From assembly GCF_009834535.1 (NCBI RefSeq), contig NC_045696.1:61940001-62004000 (forward strand): a stretch of 64,000 nucleotides of DNA. The letters run 5' to 3'. Source of the stretch: Camelus ferus (lineage: Eukaryota). Within the stretch, counting starts at the first letter, position 1. The number at the start of each line of letters is the position of its first letter. The position numbers and the translations under genes were made by a program. Below, piece after piece: positions 38,335 through 51,559 of the stretch. The notes beneath the pieces were generated by a model. The model was not told the DNA's origin. It did not search any database and worked only from the letters and a program-made list of their open reading frames with translations.

Positions 38335-39883
38335 CTGAAGAAGAGAAGGAGGGGCAAAACAAAGGGATGTCTACTGTCTGTGTGTACAAAGGCCCAGCCT
38401 AGTAGCTCTGTGAAAGCTGACTCTGGTGACCACAGCGTGCAGTTTGTATATGAATTCTGCTTTAATCACATGTACAGTGAATTTCTAATTTAGTATTGAC
38501 TTCCTAATTCTAACATTTTATAACTGAAAGTACTCAAAAATTTAAAGTGTGTAATTCAATGATAGCTAGAAATAATGAGAAAGTGCTACTTGATAAAAAA
38601 GGGAAGAGTAAATCAGGTTAGCAACTACTATCGTCTGAACCAAGTTCACATCTGTTCGTATCAATCCATATTTTTCTAGATTTCCAGGTATTAAGTGCTC
38701 TATAGCAAAAGTTATTTTAAAAGTTACTTTAGCTGCTCAAATATTTTTGATGCATTAGGAATAATTTTCATTTCCCTTTGGCTTTAACACATTTTTTTTC
38801 CTTTTTTTCTTTCTTTTCTTTTTTGTGGCTCCAACAAACTAACAAGAAAGCCACTATTAAAAAAGAGAACCAAAACAACTGAAAAAGTTGTTAGTGCTGA
38901 ATATTTAAAAACAATCTTTTTTTTTTTTTTAAAGAAGAGAATTAGGATAACTAAATACTTATGGCATGAATCAGAAAATGGGAAGAGAACTAATAAGACG
39001 TGTCCATAAGTACAGAGACCAACAAAAGAATTATCAATGCTATCTAACCAAGGAAGAAGAGTCAACTCTCCTGGCCAACTTAAATGCCATCATAACTGAT
39101 TTATTAGCCTTTAAGCTTTACCATATTATCTCCTTTAAAAGTATACATAAGTAAAATAGAACAAGATTCAATCCACTGGCACCATATCCTGAATAGGGAA
39201 TAAAAAGTTTGGTGCCCATAATGGCAAAAAGGCAACTGGAATTCTAATAGTTTATACATAATTGCTATGACAGCTGACCTGATGTCCCTATTGCACAGAC
39301 GCTTGAAACTTGTTTTCTTCCACAATTTCCTTCTTGAATGTCCCATTTGTGCATTTATAGTTTTAAAAGTATGTAGCACAAAGAAAGATGAGTCTATTAA
39401 AGAGGAACAGATTCTTTTATAATTTGTCACAGGCATCCATGTCTTGAATGAAATGGTCTTGGCTACTAGTGACACTATGAATTATTATTTTTTATTATTT
39501 TTTGAAGTGGAAACAATATAAAGGATAGAAAACTTGGTTTGATTTTTCTTAAGTTTATCCATGTCACAAGATGCTATCAATATTTTGAAGCGTATCAACA
39601 CCAGGCATTATTTTTTTGGCACGCCTATATTTTTAAGCATGTGATGACAGGTGATTAAGAAGCTGAAGTGGATTAAAGTGATATTTCGCTCAAATTCTAT
39701 TACTTGAAAAGATTTATTTTGGTAAGAATCTTTATAAAAACATGGTTGAACTTTCATTTTTACCTTTTCATATCAATAATTAAGGGTTAGTTAAGTTCAT
39801 AGTTCATTAGTCAAGCAGATTGTCTTGATAATCAACCTTAAAATTTAAAGGCTCTGTTAAGTCTAAGCAGAAGTTAAAATACT

Positions 39884-40032
39884 GGGGGAGGCTACAGCTC
39901 AGTGGTAGAGTGTGTGATTAGCATGCATGAGGTCCTGGGTTAAATTCCCAGTATCTCCATTAAACTAACAAACAAACAAACCTGATTACCCTCCCTCCCA
40001 AAAAATTAAAGAAAAAAAAAAAAAAAAAAAAA
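39884..40032 (+). mobile_element. tRNA-Ala-derived SINE (Vic-1-like) with long poly(A)
   Basis: gggggaggctacagctcagtggtagag...; imperfect TSD agaagttaaaatact/agaagtgaaaaact. Confidence 0.9.
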
Positions 40033-42300
40033 GGAGAAGTGAAAAACTAAGTTGAGAAAAAAATACTGTGGAGAAATCTAAGCTTACAATTGTTTTATAA
40101 ACTGGCAATTAGCATTTGAATAAAAACCCTTGCTTGAATCCAAATTTTAGAAAAGACAGAGAAGAAAACAGGTTTCAATAGAGAAAAATTTATGGTAATC
40201 TAATTTAGGGAAGGACTAAATCTTTTTGCTCATGACAATCACTGATTTTGAATTTAGTAATAATTTTTATACTATCTGATAAAACGGGTATGTTTTTAAT
40301 AAAAGGTCATTTACCCCTCCTACTGCATATACAGTGGTCAGAGTCAGTTTCACAATAAACAACCAAAAGAAACATGAAGTTTAAAATGTTTTGATTTTTG
40401 ATAACTTTGAAGTTAGCCAAAATGAGATATCATAAAGATATCATTAAATAGAAGAGAAAGAAATGCTTGTTAGTTAAAGAAATGTATTAATTGTATTACA
40501 TCTAAAATTCTGCATGTGAAGAATTTGTTAAAAGTGAAAAATAGCACAAGCAAACAAGATAAAATTGTGTAGGGAAAACACAAAACTGAAGAAACACACT
40601 ACCTCTAGTTTCTCTATATTTTCAATATAAAACAATCTGTTTAATTACTTATTGTTATTAATGCTATATTGTGAGAAACAGTGTAATACATAAAGAACTG
40701 AAAAAATATAAATTCATAATACATATATCAAATATCTAAATATATAATTTCCATATTTAGTACTTCAGAATAGCTAAATGAATGTTAAAAATGTTAATGA
40801 GAAACTGAAATGCTTTAAAAAAGTCTGCATTGGAAATAAAGTCCACAATCAACCATGTAAGGAAAGGAAAAGAAGAACTTAGAATGGGAAATGGTATTAC
40901 AGAGAGAAATGCAGTTCTGTATCAATGGCAAGCGTATTTTTTTACCCCACTCAGTATCATGCATACTTTTGGTGCTGTGTTAGAACACAGTGACTGGGTA
41001 TAAAGTTGGTTATAGTCAACAAACAAGACTAAGATTTAAATATGTCGTTAATTCAGTTAACTTCTTACAGTATGAAAGAAAAGTTACAACATGCAACCTC
41101 TTTCAATACACTGACAGTGTATTTTACTACAATATTTTAAAAGACATATAAAAAACAAGCACAAAAACCACTTTGTGTATTTCAGTTTTGAGCATTTACT
41201 TGAGAATTTTTCCTCCAAAGATTTTCTATTTTAAGTATTGCTTCAGATCACACTATATAATTCTGTATTTTCTGAAAGGTATAAATACATTTTAAAGGAA
41301 TTTATTATTTCTAAAATAACTGTATGCATTATACAATTTACTCAGATTTAATTTCTTTGACCAAGGGTCATATTCCTTGTCTTTATGTAAAGCTTTGAGT
41401 GCTTAGTGATATTAGAGATGTACAAAGAGTACAGTTAATTTATCTGCTGAGTTAACTTTCCACATTCATTTGAAATATGATCAAAAGATACATAAAACTT
41501 TTGCTTTAGGTTAAAAAAAATCCTAAAACATAAAACATTGCTACAAATAGTATTTCAACACAACATGTGTTTAGCTCTTTCTTCAGGCTTATTATTAGAG
41601 TATTCCATTGCAGTAATCACACACATACTACAGGATGGAGCCTGTGATATCCAATCACTAAATTCAAGAAGGACTTGAAGTTAATGGAAACAAAAACAAG
41701 TCTAAAATGCACATAAAAGAATTTTGATGTAGTTCTTGCCCATCTACAAACTCTTCCTCTTGACTGACTTGTCTTTGTTCCCTCAAGATAAAAATTCATA
41801 TTGATTCAACATGGATTCTATTAATAAATGATATTAGGAATAAAGGTAGGAAAAATAACATTTCCATAAATTCACTTGTAAAAACTCATAAACTTACATT
41901 ATGACCTAGTGAATAATTTTGGGGGGAACCTATTTTCTCAGATGTGTTATTTATTAGCTATCACGATTAACACTGGTGACACAAGTTTCTAATTAACCAT
42001 TTGTCTGAGTAAAGGCTGAATTCATTTCATTTATAAAAATAATGACCAAAAGCACATTTTAAGAATATATCAAATGACAGTTTTGATAATTTGGAAAGGT
42101 CTGTGAAATGGGTGCTTTATTTAATAAATGGTTTACTTTGGTATATCTCCTACTGTAAGCCAACATGGCAAGAGCTGTTGATAGTTAATTCTTTTGGCAA
42201 AATCCTTCTCATTTTAATAATGTAACTCAAACAGGAATCATAAAAAGGTCTACCACCTTCAATTATTAATTTCTAGAAATAAAAGATTTCATATACTCAC

Positions 42301-42370
42301 CCCTTTATCTCCTCTTGCTTTAGAATTAAATTTCACTGTTTTTAATCGGGCTCGTTCTTTCTTTTCAACT
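42301..42370 (-). CDS. DLG1: DLG1 exon, HOOK helix ([24 protein letters not shown])
   Basis: 70 nt, cag|A...GGG|gtgagt, phase 2->0. Confidence 0.97.
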
Positions 42371-44642
42371 CTGGCAATGCAAAGATGATTTTTTAAGTAC
42401 ACCAAACATATCTAAAGGTCTAATTAGAAATTATCAAAACTGATATTTGAATATAGAGCATTTTTATATTCTAAAGCCTTTAGAAGCCATTTACGTTTGC
42501 ATCCCTCAACTAATAATTTCTGAAAAATGAAATGCAGGGCTCATTTTATTATGAAACAAAACTACTTGTGAAGTATCAAAATACAATACATATATGTGTG
42601 CTTCTGTATGCACTGAATTCCATAATTATACTTGAAATTATTATGAGGCACCACTTCTGAGTTAAGCAATTTTTCACATTTTCCACTTGTTTTGCTGTTT
42701 AAATATTATCTTAGCATGGACATCTATGTTAAAAATTGTTGAGAGAAAAAAATTGTTAAGAGAGAGAAAGCAAATGGGTTAAAATGTTAACAACTGATGA
42801 AAGTAGGTAAAGGGTATGTGGGTGTTCCACAGACTATATTCTTGAATTTCTCTTATACTTATTTTTTCTGTAGCTCTAAAGTTTTTAAAAATAAAAAGGA
42901 AAAAAATTAAGCTTACTCCAATGATACTATTTGTGTAAATACATAAAGTAACCAATTATAGTGTATAAAATAGAGTTTTAAAGTATCTTTGGAAGAATAC
43001 AGAAGAACAGGTAACCTCAGTTATCCTTAAGAAGGTGAAACGGATGCTTGGGGAACAGGGTTAAGAGGGAGCCTGTATAGCTTTTAGATTTTTTGAATTT
43101 TAAACTTTGTTAAAAGTGTTACCTTCAAAATAAGCAAGCAAACAGAACTACAACAAAAATCTTTTGTGTAGATTGTAACACCAATCAATATGAATCTTAC
43201 AAAATTTCATGTAAATTAAGCTTTATAAATCCTTGATTTTAATACAGCAATTATGTTAGTATGAAATAGAAAAAACAGCCCATGAATAAATGCATATTCC
43301 TTATTTTTTTCTTTATTACCTAGCTATATAGTTTTACCATGGGTACAGAAGAACCTTAGCAGTCATGAATTTAAAACTTGGGTTTTTACTATTCCAGAGC
43401 AATCCTGAGGGTCCAGGACATGAATAATTAATTTATAATTTTGCCTAGGCACTTACCGAGGGCACTGCAAAACTAACATTTAGTGAGTGAATATATATGA
43501 CTGAAACTGGCTTTGTTTCCTAATCATTATCTTGTTCACTAAATAGGTGAGTGACTTCAACTGTGTTTATCTGTCAATACTGTTACTGAAAGAAAGCTAA
43601 GAATTGTAGGAACTGTAATTCCTTGTGCTATTATTAGACATAAAGAGGTCTAAGAAAGATATAGTTCTATTTAAGAAAATATGAGTTTTGAATACACTGA
43701 AGAAATGAAATGGCATAATTAGTTGTGGTTTTATATAGTATTTTATGAGAGAAAAACTGTATTCTATAATATTATTCATGAATTTGGAGATTTGTAGAGA
43801 TCTCAAGGTATATCTCTTTTATCACTTCTGGCTTCAAAAATCCAACCTTATAGAACTTTTATACAAAATGAAAAATTTCTCTTTCCACCAAAGTCAGCTA
43901 TATTTCTCATTTGTTGCAGGTGAATGTAAAGCCTTTGCAAGATATAAGGCTCCAACGGATAAAGACAATTTTTAGGAACTCTGACCTTGATATTAAGATG
44001 TGAGGTTTCTACTAACTCAACAAGGCACAGAGGAAGCATTTCTGAATTTAAAGCATACTATGTTCTATTTCAGGAAAAAACTTATGCTGAGGGCTGCACT
44101 GCTAAAAAAGAGGAGTTGCCACCAAATATAAGATCTAGCCAAACAGTTGGATCTTGCAAAAAATATGTATCTAGCCAACAACAGTCATAAATTCCAAAAC
44201 CACAATGACAAATCTTGGCAATATTTTACCATTTCTACTCTTTAATGTCTACACATATACAAATGCATATATAGATAGAGGTCTGTAAGTGGGTATATGA
44301 TTCGTCATAAGTATCACTTTTAGAGACTCTCAACAAAACAAGTCCAACTCATTAATAAGAACAAATTTACTACAGTATAAGCTTGACTTGAAGTGAATTA
44401 ACCAGCTACCATAAACATTTATGTCTCATTGACAATTTTTACTGGCTATCTTAAAATAAGTTTTAGGCAATGATATGGATGAATCAGGTCTCATAAATAA
44501 GCTCTTCTGGGGGAATTATGAACTGATGTTTTAAAATCTTTCCCACAAAAGCAGAGACATTCAACAGCATTTCATTGACCTTAGAGGGGGTTCTCTAAGT
44601 TGGGATCACCCTTTTCAAAGACAATATGCATTCAACCACTTT

Positions 44643-44658
44643 TGCCACTAGGTGGTAA
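44643..44658 (+). promoter_or_regulatory. Candidate CTCF site TGCCACTAGGTGGTAA
   Basis: close match to CTCF core CCASYAGRKGGC. Confidence 0.5.
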
Positions 44659-45191
44659 ATATGCACCCAGTGAATCACTACAATAAATAGTTAAAAGCAA
44701 AAAGGAAAGACCAGTGAATGCATGGATACTTCTAAATCAAGCAAGAAAAAAAGAGAAGTGAAGTATATTAGATATTTCCGAAACTTTTGCATTTATTTAA
44801 AATGTTTTCATTTTTTTAAGTCTAGAAAAGGCAATTCACACAATCAAAACCCCTGAGAAATTAGGTTTATCACCATCTACATGGGAAAACTACAGAGGCT
44901 TTTAATTCTCTCTCCCTCCATTGGTATAGATTCATGGCACAGTGGCTTAAAATATACTTATTTTGTTTTAAGCAACTAGCAGGAGCTTTAGAGAAATTTC
45001 TATTAGGGGGCATAATATTTTCTTATTATGTCACTGGTTACAATATAAGGTGAATAAAATTAAACAGTTGTGAAACACAATGGGAAAAATCAAGCATAAA
45101 ATCATTTCAGTAAAAGAAATGTAAAGAAACAGCAATTATTTGTTTATGCTGTCCAATTTTCAAGTGGTAAGACTGTAACAGACATATTTAC

Positions 45192-45368
45192 CTGCGTTTA
45201 CTGGGAATCACCCCAACTTCATCACTCTCACCATCTGGTGTAACCTGCCTGGCTTGCCACCACTCATCATCAGAAGCATTAATAACATGGAGGATATCTC
45301 CAAATTTGAAGTTCAGTCCTTGACTAGGAAGGCCACTGTCTTTAGTCTTGTCATAATCAAAAAGGGCT
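45192..45368 (-). CDS. DLG1: DLG1 exon, SH3 domain ([60 protein letters not shown])
   Basis: 177 nt, aag|A...CAG|gtaaat, phase 2->2; ALFDY and WW SH3 hallmarks. Confidence 0.98.
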
Positions 45369-45541
45369 CTTGGTCAAGAAGAAAAAAATTTATAATTATT
45401 TGTTATAATGATATTATAAATATTAAATAAACAGGATTCTGCAAATATATGTAATCTAGGTAGATAATTAAACAATATACCATACTAGGCAAAATAATGC
45501 CCAGCTCAATTTTGTACTATATACAAGAAGACAATGAGACC

Positions 45542-45568
45542 AAAAAAAAAAAAAAAAAAAAAAAAAAA
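45542..45568. repeat. Poly(A) tract of 27 nt
   Basis: read directly. Confidence 0.95.
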
Positions 45569-47316
45569 GAAACAGCAAAATTAACTTGTTATGGTAATAG
45601 TTTATTATATACATATTACTTTATTTCTCTCAATATTATATGAGCAATTAAAAAAATACTTTTAGTACAATCCAAAGGCAACCTGTATTGAATTCTAAAA
45701 TGAAGACAAATCTGTAAAGGTCTAAATTAATAAAGTAAATATTAAAAGAGAATTCTCTTTGTTTTGGCTAGACACACTTGGGAAAACAAATTCCCTGATC
45801 GATCTAATTCATCATTTGTGAAATGTAAGACTAGATCAACAGAGTGATTATTCTCCCAGTTAATTATTCATTTGTTCATAAAACTAGAGTTAACAGAGTT
45901 TTCAGAGTCTATGACAATGAAAACTAACTACAGATGACTATGATGACTTTAACAGCTCCCAAATATTTTGGAAAAAATACTGTATTAATTTAATGTAGTA
46001 ATTGAGAAATGTTGGGCATATTTAAAATTTTTATAACAATAGTATCCTACTACTTGATTAATTAGTATACAATACTTAAACAAATTAAATTCTTACATTC
46101 AAAAAACCTCTCTCAAGAATACAGGAAGGATCTCAGCAATTACATTATAATACAATTTATTCATTCTTTTTTTCGAATTTGGCAATGAGGAATAGGATAC
46201 AAATCATATTCCTTTTCACGCCACCCAACTTTTATGAACCTATCTCTTAAAACTGAAGAGGGGTGAATTTACTCGACGGCTAAATGAATGAACTGGTTAC
46301 TGGTTTTCAGATGTGTTCTTTCAAGTATTTCAGTAGCTAACAGTGTGAAGGAAGTAGGTGACAATCAAAAGTGGGAAGGCTTACTTAAACATATATTAAA
46401 AAGTACACAATACACTGGATTTTATTTGCAGAATTCTACAGCTGTAAAATAAAGATTGTAAATGATATAAATGCTATGTCATTACTTCAATAAATTCTGA
46501 ATACTAAGGAAGCATCTTTCTACTGGAAAGATACAGCTAACCTCAAAAAACACAAAGGTTTGATATAGTCAGTAATTTACTAAATATTTATTTTAAATAG
46601 TAATGAAATAGATATGGCAAAGATAAAGATGACAAAGATGATGAGGATACAAATAAACATAATATAAAATAGCAAATCAAATACCTGAAGAGATAGAACA
46701 AATGCCAAAGACATTCAGAAAAGGGAAAATATTATATCTTAACATTTTTATTATCATAAATTAACCTTATGAATTACAAAAGCAATACAACTATATTACT
46801 GATAAGCAATGGAGAAATCACTCACAACCTCTACTTCTTATGTTAGCATTTAAGCTTTGTCTTTTAATACTTTGATACATTTAAAACAGGAACTCATGGA
46901 ATACTTACGAGTTATGAATCACAAGAATACAATGAACACCTGTTAATCTAGTATCCAACCTAAGACTATACACAAAACTTTTATCAATAACTCACATTAC
47001 CTATGTATTTCTCCCCTTGATCCTACTTCCCTCACATTAGGAGTTAAGCACTATTAGAAGGTAACCATAATTTCGAACAGTGTTTATTACTTCCTCGATC
47101 CTTACCCGTTTTTGGTTTGGTTTGGCTTTATCACACAAATACAGATGACTAAGTAATTATATATGATTTTACTAGTTACAGAGCTTTATAAAAAGGTATC
47201 ATACTGTATGTAATCTTTCGTGGCCTTAACTTTTTTTTTTGAAATTAAAACTACATCTTCTAACAAGAATCATTAAGACATCTGGTTAACTACAGCAGAT
47301 TGGCTACATGTGTCTA

Positions 47317-49754
47317 CAGGCATACCTCAGTTTATTTGTGCTTTTCTTTACTGCACTTGGAAGATACTGTGTGTGTGTTGGGTTGTTTTTTTTTTTTTAA
47401 AACAAATTGAAGGTTTTGTGGCCACCCTGCATTGTGTTGGCACAACCCTGTTGTAACCCCAAGTCTACTGGCATCATTTTTCCAACAGCATTTGCTAACT
47501 TCATGTCTGTGTGTCACATTTTGGTAATTCTCCCAATTACCGAACCTCTCATTATTTCAAACTTTTTCATTATTATTATATTTATTATGGTGATATGTGA
47601 TCTTTGATGTTACTACTGTAACTGTTTTAGGGCATCACGAATCGTGCTTTTATAAGATGATGAACTTAACTGATAAATGCTGTGTGTTCTGACTGCTCTG
47701 CCAATTGGCCCTTCCCTGATCTCCGTCCCTTTCCTTGGGCCTCTGTATTCCCTGACACACAATATTGAAATCAGGCCAATTAATAGCCCTACAATGGCCT
47801 CTAAGTGTTCATGTGAAAGAAAGAGTCTTATGGCACTCTAAATCAGCTAGAAAAGATTAAGCTTAGTGAGGAAGGCTCGTTGTAAGCAAAGACACGCCAA
47901 AAGCTAGGCCTCTTGCACCAGTTAGCCAAGTTGAAAAAAACTGAAAGTGCTACTTGAGTGAACACATGAATGATAAGAAAGTGAAATAGCCTTATTGCAG
48001 ATACGCAGACAGTTTTAATGGTTTGAACAGATCAAACCAGCCATAACATTCCCTTAAGCCAAAGTGTAACCCAAAGCAAGGCTCAAACTCTTTTTAATTC
48101 TATGAAGGCTGAGAGAGGTGAGGAAGCTGCAGAAGAAAAGTTTGAAACTAGCGGAGGTTGGTTCATAATATTTAAATAAGGCAAGAAGTCACCTCTATAA
48201 AATAAAAGTACACGGTAAAGCAGCAAGTAGTGATGTACAAGTTGCAGTAAGTTATCCAGAAGATCTAGGCTAAGTAATGAAGTTGGTTACATTGAGCAAC
48301 AGATTTTCAGTGTAGATGGGACAGCCTTATATTGCAAGAAGATACACTTAGAATTTTCATAGCTAGAGAGAAGTCAGTGCCTAGCTTCAAAGCTTCAAAG
48401 GGCAGGTTGACTCCCTTGTTAGGGGTTAATGCAGCTGGTGAATATAAGTTAAGCCAATGCTCATTTACCATTCTGAAAATCCTAGGGTGCTTAAGAATTA
48501 TGCTGAATTTACTCTGTCTGTGCTCTAGAAATGGAACAACAAAGCCTGGATGCAAGCACACTCTGGTTACAACATGGTTTACAGAATATTTTAAAAGCAC
48601 ACTTTTGAGACCTACTGCTCAAAAAAAAAAAAGAATTCTTTCAAAATATTACTATTGCTTATTGACGATGTACTTGGTCACCCAAAAGTTTTGATGGAAA
48701 CATACAATGAAGTTAATGCTGTTTACATGCCTGCTAACACAATATCCACTCTGTAGCCCACGGATCGAGGACTAATTTTGACTTCCAAGACTTATTAGTT
48801 AAGAAACACATTTTGTAAGGTTAAAACTGCCATAGATAGTGATTCCTCTGAGGGTGTTGGGCAAAGTAAACTGAAAACCTTCTGGAAAGGATTCACCACT
48901 CTAGATGTCATTAACATTTGTGATTCATTGGTTGAGGTCAAAATATCAGTATTAATTGGAGTTTGGAAAAAGTTGATTCTAACCCTAATGAGTGACTTTG
49001 AGGGGTTGAAGACTTCAGCAGAGGAAATAACTACAGATGTGGTAGAAATAGCCCGAGAACCAGAAGTGGAGCCTAAAGATGTGACTGAACTGCTGCAATC
49101 TCACAACAAAACTTGAACAGATGTTCAAACTTCTCAACAGGTGAGGAGCTGTTTCTTCTGGATGAGCAAAGAAAGCAGTTTCTTGAGATAGAATCTACTC
49201 TTGGTGAAGATGCTATGAAGATTATTGAAATGAAAAGGGATATAATATATTATGTCAACTTAGCTGATAAAGCAGTGGCAGGGTTTCAGAGGACTGACTG
49301 CAATTTTGAAAGAAGTTCTACCGAGGGTAAAATGCTATCATATAGCATTATATGCTTCAAAGAAATCACAAATGAAAGGAAGATTTTAATTAATGTGGCA
49401 AACTTCATTGTTGTCTTAAACTTTAAGAAATTGCCACAGCCACCCCAAACCTCCAGCTCCCTGATCAGTCAGCAGTCATCAACATGGAGGCAGGATCTTC
49501 CATTAGCAAAAGATTATGACTCACTGAAGGCTCAGATGATGGTTAGCATTTTTTAGCAATAAAGTATTTTTTAAATTGAGGTATGTATTTTTTTAAGACA
49601 TAATGCTATTATTGTACACTCAGTAGACTATAGTACAGTGTTAAATATAACCTTTTATGCACTGGGAAACCAAAAAATGTGTGTCTTGCTTTATTGTGCT
49701 ATTCACCATGTTGTAGTGGTGTGGAACTGAACCTGCAACATCTCTGAGGTAATT
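47317..49754 (+). mobile_element. Near full-length Tigger1 DNA transposon (pogo/Tc1-mariner), decayed transposase
   Basis: ta|caggcatacctc left TIR, gcaacatctctgaggta right TIR, ~2.4 kb; ORFs 48332..48694 (FIAREKSVPSFKASKGRLTPLLGVNAAG), 48928.. and 49113.. are transposase remnants. Confidence 0.93.
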
Positions 49755-50413
49755 CTTGCATTTCTTTTCCATCCTGAAACTCATAAAATAACAACAACAA
49801 AAAAGACAAATACAAAAAAGAGATGGCAACAGGAGAAAAGAGAGTTTAAACATGTTTTTGGATGATGGTAAATAAATCTGGCAGAGCAAAGGAAGCTCTA
49901 AATGGGGTGCCTGAAGAGAGGGATACTGAAGTAAGATTTACTCCACAAGACCCTAGAAATGCTTACAAATTAAAGTGTACGGTATCCATGTAGGTAGAGA
50001 TAACTTAGAGCAGTGAAAACAGAAGAACTGGGGGAAATTATTGTAGTAATTAAATGTTACTCAAATGGAGAATATTTTATTATAAAAGGAAACAGGTAAA
50101 TAGAAGTGCTGGATGATAGGACACATCAAACTATACTAGCCACTCAGTAAAATATCAACTTAAAAAAATTTTTGGCCCATATTTATTTTGTCTTTCTTTA
50201 CTATATTGTAATTATTCAAGAGGTAATATAACTCTCATTGATAAAATTATAATACTATTCCTGAAAGATAGATTATCAGGAAATCAGTCATAAAGAAACA
50301 TTTCCATGGTTTGCAATACACTTTTCTATAGTAAAACTAAGTCATACTGAAAAACCGGGAAGAATTTGCATGCATAAATAAAGACTGCTATAACTAGAAA
50401 TAAAAAAATTTAC

Positions 50414-50528
50414 CTGACATAGAGGGATCGCTTCTGGCTAGTTCGAAGAGAACCTGATCCTGAACTAATGCTACTATTCATCATCTGTTCCCGTAAGTCA
50501 TGTATTTTGGCTTCAAAACGACTGTACT
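50414..50528 (-). CDS. DLG1: DLG1 exon, PDZ3-SH3 linker ([39 protein letters not shown])
   Basis: 115 nt, cag|AG...TCAG|gta, phase 1->2, open frame. Confidence 0.97.
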
Positions 50529-51559
50529 CTGATGGAAGAAAAAAGAGAAATAAATTTATACTTTATTTTCTAAAAATATAAGTCACTTGAAGATAAAAGT
50601 ATTATATATGTAGGCTGTCTTATAATTGGTTAAATGTAGTCAGAACCTTAAAAGAGTAGTCTACACAAGATTTTGCCCAATATGCAAATATCAAAAATTA
50701 ATCTTAATGTACCATGATTAAGAATTGACTGAAAACAGAATTTTCTCATATGCTATTTTAAATTTCCTATGACATTTAATAAGTTAAAAGACAACTTCCG
50801 TGCATCAAATAGCAGTATCAATCTTACTTTATTGTTGAATTTAACTGTAAATTTTGAAAAGTGAAAATCAGGATGTGTTCTAATTTTTATACTTTAAAAA
50901 AAAGAATCCTATAGTAATTTATACTAGACACTTTGCTTACTGACTTTTTCCCTGTTAAGAAATCAGCTGATCTTATATCCTCAGATTTTACCCTTGTGCA
51001 GGGTAAAATAATATGGGAGAAATATGTCTTAAAAAAACTAATAAATAAAATCAAATTTATTTCAATTCATTTTATAATTTATAAATTTTCAAAGACACAC
51101 AAAAAAGCAATCTGAAGGAATAAACACTTTATTTAAGATACCTTTTATAGAAAAACAAATGTGATTCTGAATATGGACTATTTTAAACTCATACATAAAA
51201 TCTTTAAGCACTTTTTCAAAAATATTGCAATTACATGGTTACATATACTTATATAATTTTCTCTATTTACAATAAATAACTGTCTTATAGACAAGTCAGA
51301 TTCTACCAGATTTTTTAAAATAAAACCAATCCTATAGCAAGAGCAAATAACTTGTCTGGAGTTTGTATAGTTTAAAAAGACAGAGTAAGAGTAAGCATGC
51401 TTACTTAGATGTTTATGTTGTTGAGTTACTCTTGCTTTCATCATAGTCATCAAGTTTGTTTTATGGCTACTGAGATTAACTGAAGCAACAATTCATCAAA
51501 AAATTCAGAAACATTTAAATGCTCACATTAATATGTAATAAAATCTCCTTTTATTGCCC

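Noticed and set aside
38040..38357. 105-aa minus ORF over I3
   Set aside because: Different frame from I3 and runs through both splice sites
40603..40613. AG...GAG|gtagtg 9-11 nt microexon candidate
   Set aside because: No pyrimidine tract and weak donor; expected by chance
48332..49556. Domesticated TIGD1-like gene
   Set aside because: Frameshifts and stops inside a TIR-bounded Tigger1 fossil
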